Virus record (IMG/VR): IMGVR_UViG_3300009109_000001
Span: 94,043-158,042 of that record
Origin: a virus
DNA: 64,000 nt
Reading direction: 5' to 3' (one strand)
The translations under genes and the position numbers were made by a program. Each line of letters begins with the position of its first letter. Position 1 is the stretch's first letter. Below, piece by piece: positions 56,580 to 64,000 of the stretch. The notes beneath the pieces were generated by a model that saw nothing but the letters and a program-made list of their open reading frames with translations, was not told where the DNA came from and searched no databases.

Positions 56580-56735
56580 ATGAAGAACCCTCGCCGTAAG
56601 ACGAGATTCGCCCGTGTTCTGTTTGAACGCGATAACCCTTACTCTCAGAAAGTTGAGCGTAAGAAAACCGCTTATACCCGTAAAAGGAAGCATAAACCCG
56701 AGTATGAGCAAGAGATAGGAGACCATTATGTCTGA
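56580..56735 (+). CDS. small basic ArfA-like protein
   Basis: LFERDNPYSQKVERKKTAYTRKRKHK resembles the ArfA core (PLFRQRVEK..KG.Y.RK.KH). Confidence 0.5.
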   Translation: MKNPRRKTRFARVLFERDNPYSQKVERKKTAYTRKRKHKPEYEQEIGDHYV

Positions 56736-57117
56736 TCAACAGATTATCAGTAGTGTTGGCACAGTTGATGCAATGAAATTGGCTGAGGCAAGGATAAAAG
56801 AGGAACAGTCGCATTACCCGAGCATTCAAGAAGTTGGTGAAGTAGTACGATGGGTTGGAGATCCGCCAGACAAAGACGGAGAGTCGTTATATAGTGGTTC
56901 ATTTCGTTGGATGTTTACTGATATTGCTCGGTGGCAGAGAAAAGTAAACCCAGGTGAAAGTTATATTATGGTCGAGAGTGCTCTTGAAGAGACTCGCTTT
57001 CCGACTTGGGGTGAAGCAGTTGATTATTTGACTGCTGAAGACAATTTTCACGCCAAACGTTACTATCAAGCGGCTGTTGAAGTAGAATTAATGGGTGATA
57101 ATGACGAGGATGAATGA
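56728..57117 (+). CDS. hypothetical protein
   Basis: SD AGGAG. Confidence 0.7.
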   Translation: MSDQQIISSVGTVDAMKLAEARIKEEQSHYPSIQEVGEVVRWVGDPPDKDGESLYSGSFRWMFTDIARWQRKVNPGESYIMVESALEETRFPTWGEAVDYLTAEDNFHAKRYYQAAVEVELMGDNDEDE

Positions 57118-57271
57118 CTTATTTGATAAGTACGATGTAGTAGCTGATATGGTTGTTGTGTTTGGTGCTGACAAAGTGCTAGAAGCAATGGCTCATTATT
57201 TCAGTGAAAAGGAAATCGACGAATTACATAGTTTTATATGTGACGAGTACAATAAAAATCTTATGGGGTAG
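57110..57271 (+). CDS. hypothetical 53-aa protein
   Basis: Hand translation MNDLFDKYDVV...; fills an intergenic gap. Confidence 0.55.
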   Translation: MNDLFDKYDVVADMVVVFGADKVLEAMAHYFSEKEIDELHSFICDEYNKNLMG

Positions 57272-57274
57272 GTC

Positions 57275-57784
57275 ATGATTATAACCACATATGGTTATAA
57301 AACACAGAGCAAAAGGTTTAGAACTTTGCTAGAGAATTCTGCAGAGTATTATGCCCAGAAGATGATGAGGTCTGATTTGTGTGCAAACATACATTTGGAC
57401 ATTCTTGTAACGAAGGATTTAGCAAAAAAAGAAGGCGTAAAACAGATATATGGTTATTGCCATATAACAGACTATAGGTTATCTCGACCACGTGAATTTG
57501 AGATTGAGTTAGATGCTAAAAAGCGTATAACCAAAATGTTGCTAACGTTGGCACATGAAATGACGCATTTAAAGCAGTTTGCCAGGCGACAATTGCGATA
57601 TTATGACAATGGTAGCACAAAGTGGAAAAGTGAAACATTTGGTCATAAGAAAGAAAAGAAAATTGGTCACTATAAACTTCCGTGGGAAGTTGAGGCCTAT
57701 AAGAAAGAGAAGGAATTGTTTCTAGATTTGGTAAATAATACTGATATACTAGACGATTATATGGATGGAATTAAGAGAGATTAA
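57275..57784 (+). CDS. HExxH zinc metallopeptidase-like protein
   Basis: TLAHEMTHLKQ...PWEVEAY. Confidence 0.85.
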   Translation: MIITTYGYKTQSKRFRTLLENSAEYYAQKMMRSDLCANIHLDILVTKDLAKKEGVKQIYGYCHITDYRLSRPREFEIELDAKKRITKMLLTLAHEMTHLKQFARRQLRYYDNGSTKWKSETFGHKKEKKIGHYKLPWEVEAYKKEKELFLDLVNNTDILDDYMDGIKRD

Positions 57785-58016
57785 TTTAGAATATCTCTTT
57801 ATGTTAACTCGACAACAACAGGCAGAACAACTTTTTAATAAGTGGTACTTATGCAAAATAAATGACAAATACTTTGCTGGGCAGTTTGGCTATCCTAAGG
57901 GAGCATTTGGTGGTGGCGGTGGTGTAATTCATTTTAGTCCAGTGCCGTGGAATCCAAGTGGTCATACTTTAACAGTAATGACAGGCTGGCAAGGTGTTTG
58001 GGAAATACTCAACTAA
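57765..58016 (+). CDS. hypothetical protein
   Basis: ORF track. Confidence 0.55.
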   Translation: MELREINLEYLFMLTRQQQAEQLFNKWYLCKINDKYFAGQFGYPKGAFGGGGGVIHFSPVPWNPSGHTLTVMTGWQGVWEILN

Positions 58017-58038
58017 TAACAAGAGACTATTGAATAAA

Positions 58039-58989
58039 ATGAAACTCATTTCAGGTAACTCGAACCTGGAGTTGGCTAAACGAATATCCCAGTTTGCCGG
58101 TGTACCGCTAGTTAAGGCAAACATAGGGAGGTTTGCTGACGGCGAGGTTAGAGCAGAAATTCACGAAAACATCAGAGGTAAAGACGCATTTGTAATACAA
58201 AGTACTAGCACACCAGTCAATGATAATGTAATGGAATTACTAGTTATGATTGACGCTCTTAAAAGAGCAAGTGCTAGGCGCATAACAGCAGTATTGCCAT
58301 ACTTTGGTTACGCAAGACAAGACAGAAAAACAATGAGTAGGGCACCAATTAGTGCTAAACTACTCGCTGATTTAATAACAACGGCAGGCGCAAATAGAGT
58401 ATTAACAGTAGATCTACACGCAGGCCAAATCCAAGGATTTTTTAATATCCCAGTAGATACTTTGATAGCACGACCTATCCTAGTCAATGATATACGGAAA
58501 AGAATAGAAACAGACAATCTTGTATTCGTCAGTCCAGACGCCGGCGGTACAGAACGAGCAAGAAGTTATGCTAAAAAGTTCGATACAGAGATTGCTGTAA
58601 TCGATAAAAGACGCCCAGAACCGGGCGCAAGTGAGGTTATGAATGTTGTTGGTGACGTTAAAGATAAACAATGTATTATCGTTGACGACATCATAGACAG
58701 TGGGGGCACCCTAGCCAACGCGGCCACGGCTTTGTTGGAACACGGTGCTATTAAAGTAAGAGCATATATTACGCACGGAGTACTGACGCCTAAGGCAGAC
58801 GACAAAATTGGTAATAGCGATTTAACTGAGTTAATAGTAACAGATTCTATCAAAATTAACAGAGAATCGGGTATTTCTCAACTCAGGTATGTAACAATTG
58901 CTCCGCTAATTGGACGAGCGATAGTAAATGTTCATAATGAAGAAAGCGTGAGTAATTTACTCATCGAGGATAATTGGGATATATTGTGA
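58039..58989 (+). CDS. prs: ribose-phosphate pyrophosphokinase
   Basis: FADGE, PYFGYARQDR, DLHAGQIQGFF, SPDAGG, IVDDIIDSGGT. Confidence 0.96.
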   Translation: MKLISGNSNLELAKRISQFAGVPLVKANIGRFADGEVRAEIHENIRGKDAFVIQSTSTPVNDNVMELLVMIDALKRASARRITAVLPYFGYARQDRKTMSRAPISAKLLADLITTAGANRVLTVDLHAGQIQGFFNIPVDTLIARPILVNDIRKRIETDNLVFVSPDAGGTERARSYAKKFDTEIAVIDKRRPEPGASEVMNVVGDVKDKQCIIVDDIIDSGGTLANAATALLEHGAIKVRAYITHGVLTPKADDKIGNSDLTELIVTDSIKINRESGISQLRYVTIAPLIGRAIVNVHNEESVSNLLIEDNWDIL

Positions 58990-59000
58990 GGAAATCAAAA

Positions 59001-59459
59001 ATGGGAGAGTTATTAGCAGTTGTTATGGTTGCGTGTTTGGCAACAGGCTGTGCAAACATGACTCGAGAAGAGTCGGGTAATGTTATAGGTGCATTAATAG
59101 GTGGCGCATTAGCATATGAACTTGGCAAGGACAGTTCAAATAAAGAAATTTGGGTTGCTACTGGTATAATTGGCGGTGCCCTTGCAGGCGGCCATTATGC
59201 TGTATTAACAGAGCCAAGTCAAAGAATGAATGCTACTAATATGCATACAACACTTGAAAGCATACCTGACAATGCACAAACTAAATGGATTAATCCAAAT
59301 ACAAATGAATCTGGTACCATGACAGTTATGAGAACTAATAACAATAATGGAACCCCATGTAGAGAGTTTACTCAAACGATCTATGTTGGTGGTAAAGCAG
59401 TTCAAGGTTATGGCACAGCATGCCGTCAAGCAGACGGTTCTTGGAAAATCGTACAATAA
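59001..59459 (+). CDS. glycine-zipper surface lipoprotein (Rickettsia 17-kDa antigen / RT0821-like)
   Basis: Lipobox LATGC; GxxxG zipper; W.NP...SG, CREFTQ, YGTACRQADGSWKIV. Confidence 0.88.
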   Translation: MGELLAVVMVACLATGCANMTREESGNVIGALIGGALAYELGKDSSNKEIWVATGIIGGALAGGHYAVLTEPSQRMNATNMHTTLESIPDNAQTKWINPNTNESGTMTVMRTNNNNGTPCREFTQTIYVGGKAVQGYGTACRQADGSWKIVQ

Positions 59460-59467
59460 TTAACAAC

Positions 59468-59544
59468 GCACCCATCGTCTAGTAGGCCTAGGACACCGCC
59501 CTTTCACGGCGGCAACACCGGTTCGAATCCGGTTGGGTGTACCA
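59468..59544 (+). tRNA. tRNA-Glu(UUC)
   Basis: CCGCC-CTTTCAC-GGCGG; CCA. Confidence 0.95.
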
Positions 59545-59557
59545 AAAGGGAAACAAA

Positions 59558-59833
59558 ATGATAGTAGATGTATATGAAAAAGCAGAAAGAAAAGCACAGA
59601 GTCTTATTAGTAAAGTTGCTAATGCTGATAAAGCAAAGTTAAAAGGTGTTGCTCGGCGAGTGTATCTTGAAGGATTTGCTAGTTTGAAAAACTGTGAAAA
59701 AGTTGCTCAAAATGGTAATCAGGGCAGAGGATTTCATATTGCCAAAGTAGTAAATCAGGAATTTGCTGAGAAAGAAAAAGAGAATGAAAAGAAGAAAAAA
59801 CGAAAAAGAGGTAAGAAAAAACAGGAAAAATAA
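59558..59833 (+). CDS. hypothetical basic protein
   Basis: Lies between tRNAs; start trimmed. Confidence 0.6.
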   Translation: MIVDVYEKAERKAQSLISKVANADKAKLKGVARRVYLEGFASLKNCEKVAQNGNQGRGFHIAKVVNQEFAEKEKENEKKKKRKRGKKKQEK

Positions 59834-59910
59834 CGGGGATTAGTTCAGTCTGGTAGAATACTCGCTTTGGGAGCGAGATGTCGCAGGTTCAAATCCTGCA
59901 TCCCCGACCA
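59834..59910 (+). tRNA. tRNA-Pro(UGG)
   Basis: CTCGC-TTTGGGA-GCGAG; CCA. Confidence 0.95.
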
Positions 59911-59913
59911 GAT

Positions 59914-59987
59914 TGGGACATAGTGTAACGGTAGCACTACAGATTTTGATTCTGTCAGTTGGGGTTCGAATCCCTGTGTCCCAGCCA
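59914..59987 (+). tRNA. tRNA-Gln(UUG)
   Basis: ACAGA-TTTTGAT-TCTGT; U1-A72; CCA. Confidence 0.93.
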
Positions 59988-59989
59988 AT

Positions 59990-60065
59990 GGGCCTGTAAC
60001 TCAGCGGTGAGAGTGTCGGTCTTATATGCCGATGGTCGTTGGTTCGAATCCAACCAGGCCTACCA
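59990..60065 (+). tRNA. tRNA-Ile(UAU)
   Basis: TCGGT-CTTATAT-GCCGA; A73; CCA. Confidence 0.9.
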
Positions 60066-60074
60066 ATAATTATT

Positions 60075-60413
60075 ATGAGTGAATGGATTAATTTTAAATT
60101 TATATCTGTTGAGCCTGCTAAAATTAAAGTTAAATTTAATGATAAAGCAGTAGAAAATACTTCAGAGTATTTTATAGATGGTAATAAGACTATTTGGTTG
60201 GAAATTCCATATAGTATTACTGAAAATCATGGTATGAATATAATTGGGTTTAAATTTAATAACTTTGTTATTTTAGAAACTGTACAATTGTGTGGTATTG
60301 ATTATTTCATAACTGATGATAGATTAGAATCTTTTGTAGAAATAAAGGAAAATTCAATAGAGTATTATTTGCCATGTCCATTTATAGACTGGTGGGAAAA
60401 GACATTTAACTAA
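60075..60413 (+). CDS. hypothetical protein
   Basis: Start trimmed to MSEWINF. Confidence 0.6.
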   Translation: MSEWINFKFISVEPAKIKVKFNDKAVENTSEYFIDGNKTIWLEIPYSITENHGMNIIGFKFNNFVILETVQLCGIDYFITDDRLESFVEIKENSIEYYLPCPFIDWWEKTFN

Positions 60414-60423
60414 ATATTTACAT

Positions 60424-60499
60424 GCCCGGGTAGCTCAGTTGGCAGAGCAGCTGATTTGTAATCAGCAGGTCGGAAGTTCGAATCTTCTCCCGGGCTCCA
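60424..60499 (+). tRNA. tRNA-Thr(UGU)
   Basis: GCTGA-TTTGTAA-TCAGC; CCA. Confidence 0.95.
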
Positions 60500-60504
60500 A
60501 TTTG

Positions 60505-60580
60505 GGGGCTGTAGCTCAGTTGGGAGAGCGCCTCCCTTGCACGGAGGAGGTCGCAGGTTCGACCCCTGTCAGCTCCACCA
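60505..60580 (+). tRNA. tRNA-Ala(UGC)
   Basis: CCTCC-CTTGCAC-GGAGG; G3:U70; CCA. Confidence 0.95.
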
Positions 60581-60583
60581 GAT

Positions 60584-60658
60584 GGGTCCTTAGCTCAGTG
60601 GGAGAGCAACGCCTTTACACGGCGTGGGTCGTAGGTTCAAATCCTACAGGACCCACCA
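60584..60658 (+). tRNA. tRNA-Val(UAC)
   Basis: ACGCC-TTTACAC-GGCGT; CCA. Confidence 0.95.
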
Positions 60659-60663
60659 GATTT

Positions 60664-60738
60664 TCCCCGGTGGCGCAGTGGTAGCGCAGAAGACTGTTAA
60701 TCTTTTGGTCGTAGGTTCGAATCCTTCCCGGGGAGCCA
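60664..60738 (+). tRNA. tRNA-Asn(GUU), canonical
   Basis: GAAGA-CTGTTAA-TCTTT; short variable loop; U1-A72, G73, CCA. Confidence 0.93.
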
Positions 60739-60745
60739 ATTTATT

Positions 60746-61165
60746 ATGAAAATTCACAATATTTTAAGTGTTCAATACCCCTTTAGTATGTTACGTATAG
60801 AATTGGATGATATTCCTGCGAAGTATAAGAAATATAAAAATAGTTATTATGTAAAATTATTGCAACCTTGCAATGTTAAAATATTTTTTGAACCGTGGAA
60901 AATAGAACCATTAATAAGAATAGATAATCATCTATTGAATTATGCGTTAGCAGAAATAAATTGTTATGATCATATGTTTGAGTTTTTTTGGGATAATGAC
61001 TTTTATGATAGATACTTTAGTAATATTATAAAGTTTAAATTGAAATCCCGTAATATAACAGATATTAATAATTTGGATTATGATTTGTTTATAGGATATA
61101 ATAACGCACATGAAAACATAGTGCGTAAAATTTATGAAGAAATTTCTATTTGTAAGTCTTCCTAA
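60746..61165 (+). CDS. hypothetical protein
   Basis: ORF track. Confidence 0.65.
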   Translation: MKIHNILSVQYPFSMLRIELDDIPAKYKKYKNSYYVKLLQPCNVKIFFEPWKIEPLIRIDNHLLNYALAEINCYDHMFEFFWDNDFYDRYFSNIIKFKLKSRNITDINNLDYDLFIGYNNAHENIVRKIYEEISICKSS

Positions 61166-62564
61166 ACATGACTTATCTCCTAGTGCCGCAATAGGTGCAT
61201 TAAATGGAGTTGCATTAAATTTTAATTGTGAAACAGAAATTATTGATTTTTCTTCTATAATTAGGTATAATTTAACTGATGAAGAATTTGAAGATTTAGA
61301 TAATTGGTTAATGTTTATTAAAGAGGATATTAGTAATACAATAGTGCAAAAAATATGCAGTTTGTGGTCTGAAACAGTAGAGAAGAAACAATTAAATTTT
61401 GATTATGTTTGTATAAGTGTATTTACTTATTGGAGTCTTAATATAGCGAGATTATTATTAGAATATCATAATAGGATTCCTAGAACAACACAAATTATTG
61501 TAGGAGGGTGTGGTTGTTCTAGTGAATTTCCAGACACTAGAATACGTTTTAGTGCATGGTGTGAAGATTTAGTAGATGGTATATGTTTAGAACAAGATGG
61601 TGAACAATATATAGCAAATATTATTAATGCACAGGTTGACTATAATAATGACATAAGTTTATATCCAATACCAAATTATAATGGTTTTGATTTTAATAAT
61701 TATGATACTAACAAAATATATATAACTGGTAGTAAAGGATGTGTTAGGAATTGTACATTTTGTGATGTTGCGGCGTTATGGCCAAAGTTTAGATATAGGA
61801 AAGCAACAAATTTAGTACAAGAAATTAAAGAGCAATTTTACAACTATGGTACAACTATATTTGATTTTACTGATAGTTTAATAAATGGTAGTGTAAGTAA
61901 TTTTTATAAATTTAATTGTTTACTTGCAGAAGAAAAAGAAAAAGATAAATCTCTAAAAGATATAAGATATACTGGTCAAGCAATATGTAGACCTAGAAAT
62001 CAAATGCCCCCTTCTCATTATGAAGCAATGTATTATGGTGGGTGTGATCAAGTTACTATTGGTATAGAGAGTTTTAGTCAAGATGTTCGTTATCATATGA
62101 AAAAGAAATTTAGTAATACAGATATTGACTATCATATAGAACAGAGTAGTTATTATGATATAAGCAATATTTGGTTAATGATAGTAGGATATCCGACAGA
62201 AACGATAAAAGATCATGAAGAGAATTTAAAAGCACTTGATAGATATGCAAAGTATGCGAAAAATGGCACATTAGAACTTATTCATTGGGGTTATACAATG
62301 ATATTTTTGGAGGATACTCCAATAACAACAATAAAATATATGAAGGAACTAGAAATATATAATGATGATACTTTAATTTCACAAGGAAATTTAGGAGGGT
62401 TCTATACATGGGGGTCATATTTAAATCCAACAAATACATTGCGAGAAAGAATAAGACGTAGAGTGGAATTACATGAAAAAAGTATAGAGTTAGGATATTC
62501 ACAACCACGAGTTAAACAAGAATTAAATTCACTATTAAAGATTGCAGAGCAAATACATGGATAA
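61134..62564 (+). CDS. radical SAM protein with B12-binding-like N-terminal domain
   Basis: IIVGG; GSKGCVRNCTFC; FTDSLING; IGIESFS; IVGYPTET. Confidence 0.88.
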   Translation: MKKFLFVSLPKHDLSPSAAIGALNGVALNFNCETEIIDFSSIIRYNLTDEEFEDLDNWLMFIKEDISNTIVQKICSLWSETVEKKQLNFDYVCISVFTYWSLNIARLLLEYHNRIPRTTQIIVGGCGCSSEFPDTRIRFSAWCEDLVDGICLEQDGEQYIANIINAQVDYNNDISLYPIPNYNGFDFNNYDTNKIYITGSKGCVRNCTFCDVAALWPKFRYRKATNLVQEIKEQFYNYGTTIFDFTDSLINGSVSNFYKFNCLLAEEKEKDKSLKDIRYTGQAICRPRNQMPPSHYEAMYYGGCDQVTIGIESFSQDVRYHMKKKFSNTDIDYHIEQSSYYDISNIWLMIVGYPTETIKDHEENLKALDRYAKYAKNGTLELIHWGYTMIFLEDTPITTIKYMKELEIYNDDTLISQGNLGGFYTWGSYLNPTNTLRERIRRRVELHEKSIELGYSQPRVKQELNSLLKIAEQIHG

Positions 62565-63516
62565 GATAAGAGGATATGATTTTCATCAAGACAAAACATT
62601 TCTTGGTGAAAAATTAACTACCAATAATATTTTTAAATCTAATTTTGAATTATTTGACGAAATTACTGATGAGCAAATACCTAAATTACAGCAATCTAAT
62701 ATATTAATAACGTTTGGATGTAGTTGGACGTGGGGTATAGGTTCTAGTTATACTGAAAATATTAAAAATGCAGATGATCTTGAAACTAGTATATTAATTA
62801 ATGAGGATTATAATAACTGGAATGATGTTTATAGTTATAGGGGTCTTGTAACAAACAAGTATAATTTTACAAATTTAAACTTTTCAAAGCCAGGGTCTAG
62901 TAATCAAAAACAATTTAGATTTGCAAGAGAATTTTTCACTAATACTAAAAATATTAATTTATTAAAACAAGCAAAAAATGTTATAATAATGTGGGGTATT
63001 ACAAGTACCGCAAGAACTGAATTTTGGTATAATGAAACAAATAAATTTGAAAGTGTTGTATTTAATAATAATGAAGAAGGACACATACCAACAGGGTTTG
63101 GACTAAAACGCAAAACTAATTTAGTAAGTCATAATGATACACATGATGTAGTTAGGGTATTAATATTAGATTTATATAATCATGAAATAGAAGTCAAAAA
63201 ACTTGCAGAAGATATGCTTATATGGAATGATTTTTTTAAAAATAATAATTTTAAAAACTTATGGTTTGATACATTTAACACTCATAAATATCCCTTGACA
63301 ATAGAAAATTTAATAGAAGGCGATTTAATGACTTTTCTAGCAAATCAAATTACTAAAACTTATCATAGAAGTATATGGAAGAAAGATGATACAAGAATAG
63401 ATAAGTTAATTAAAGAGAAATTAGTTAATCCGTTTAGTTTCCATCCAACACAGAAAGGTCATAAAAAAATAGCACATAGATTAAGTCCTTATATTGAAAA
63501 TATATTGGAGCGGTAG
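62557..63516 (+). CDS. SGNH/GDSL-hydrolase-like protein
   Basis: FGCSWTWG, NFSKPGSSN, FHPTQKGHKKIA. Confidence 0.75.
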   Translation: MDKIRGYDFHQDKTFLGEKLTTNNIFKSNFELFDEITDEQIPKLQQSNILITFGCSWTWGIGSSYTENIKNADDLETSILINEDYNNWNDVYSYRGLVTNKYNFTNLNFSKPGSSNQKQFRFAREFFTNTKNINLLKQAKNVIIMWGITSTARTEFWYNETNKFESVVFNNNEEGHIPTGFGLKRKTNLVSHNDTHDVVRVLILDLYNHEIEVKKLAEDMLIWNDFFKNNNFKNLWFDTFNTHKYPLTIENLIEGDLMTFLANQITKTYHRSIWKKDDTRIDKLIKEKLVNPFSFHPTQKGHKKIAHRLSPYIENILER

Positions 63517-63583
63517 TTCAGTTGGTTAGAATACCGGCCTGTCACGCCGGTGGTCGCGAGTTCGAGTCTCGTCCGCTCCGCCA
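63507..63583 (+). tRNA. tRNA-Asp(GUC)
   Basis: CCGGC-CTGTCAC-GCCGG; G73; CCA. Confidence 0.95.
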
Positions 63584-63586
63584 CAC

Positions 63587-63661
63587 GCGGGTATCGTATA
63601 ATGGTTATTACAGTGCGTTGCCAACGCATAGATGAGAGTTCGATTCTCTCTACCCGCTCCA
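63587..63661 (+). tRNA. tRNA-Gly(GCC)
   Basis: GTGCG-TTGCCAA-CGCAT; U73; CCA. Confidence 0.93.
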
Positions 63662-63700
63662 TACCAAAAACTAAATAGTAGTATATTATAGGAGTCAATT

Positions 63701-64000
63701 ATGAGTTTATACGATTATACTGTTACAGATGTATCAGGAAATGAAGTTAGTATGAAAGATGTATGTGAAGGTAATGTAGTATTAATTACAAATACTGCTA
63801 GTGAATGTGGTTGGACACGTCATTATGAGCCATTACAAGAACTTTATCAACAACATAAAGATAAAGGATTTGTTGTTATTGCTTTTCCTTGTAATCAATT
63901 TGGCGAACAAGAGCCTGGTTCAAATGAAGAAATTCTTAATTTTTGTGAATCAAAATATAATGTTACATTTCCAATAATGGAAAAAAATGATGTACAAGGT
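63701..64000 (+). CDS. glutathione peroxidase family protein (partial; runs off the window)
   Basis: Hand translation: NTASECGWT, AFPCNQFGEQEPG, YNVTFP; Cys at the active site; SD AGGAG. Confidence 0.92.
   Translation, partial: MSLYDYTVTDVSGNEVSMKDVCEGNVVLITNTASECGWTRHYEPLQELYQQHKDKGFVVIAFPCNQFGEQEPGSNEEILNFCESKYNVTFPIMEKNDVQG

Noticed and set aside
55723-63698. ORFs 55723-55914, 60439-60684 and 63489-63698, and the N-terminal extensions of 55939, 59537 and 60039
   Set aside because: They overlap well-formed tRNA genes and are spurious translations.
1-64000. Stop-codon reassignment (alternative genetic code), as in some large phages
   Set aside because: Long conserved genes are uninterrupted in code 11; TAA, TAG and TGA all end genes at expected positions; no suppressor tRNA was seen.
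63701-64000. Selenocysteine-type glutathione peroxidase
   Set aside because: The active-site codon is TGT (Cys), not TGA.

Overview
A 64-kb, AT-rich, gene-dense segment of a large (jumbo, T4-superfamily-like) bacteriophage genome read in the standard bacterial code. Evidence for a phage: a PAAR spike protein, a tail-fibre-like protein, T4-type late promoter boxes (TAAATA) alongside sigma70 promoters, many proteins with capsid-targeting-like N-termini, and tRNA clusters interleaved with short ORFs. The host is probably an aquatic proteobacterium (inference from the permuted tmRNA, SbmA, TctA/TctC and a 17-kDa-type lipoprotein). The window carries an unusually complete translation and rescue kit: bS21, bL33 (missing from the ORF track), EF-G, a circularly permuted two-piece tmRNA with small ORFs in its spacer, an ArfA-like peptide and 13 tRNAs. 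It also has proteostasis and stress genes (Hsp20 with a ROSE-like thermometer, ClpS, PrkA-YeaH-SpoVR, glutathione peroxidase), envelope genes (MotA/ExbB-type cassette, SbmA, TctA/TctC, porin-like, MscS-like) and many metallo- and modifying enzymes. Best candidate for a new system: a catalytic-domain-only AsnRS paralogue (4234-5091) followed 7 nt later by a non-canonical tRNA(GUU) with a long variable arm and C33/U37, while a canonical tRNA-Asn lies 55 kb away. Second-tier candidates are pervasive leaderless transcripts, the ORF-containing permuted tmRNA and a stator-like membrane cassette. All calls are by-eye motif recognition; no database searches were run.
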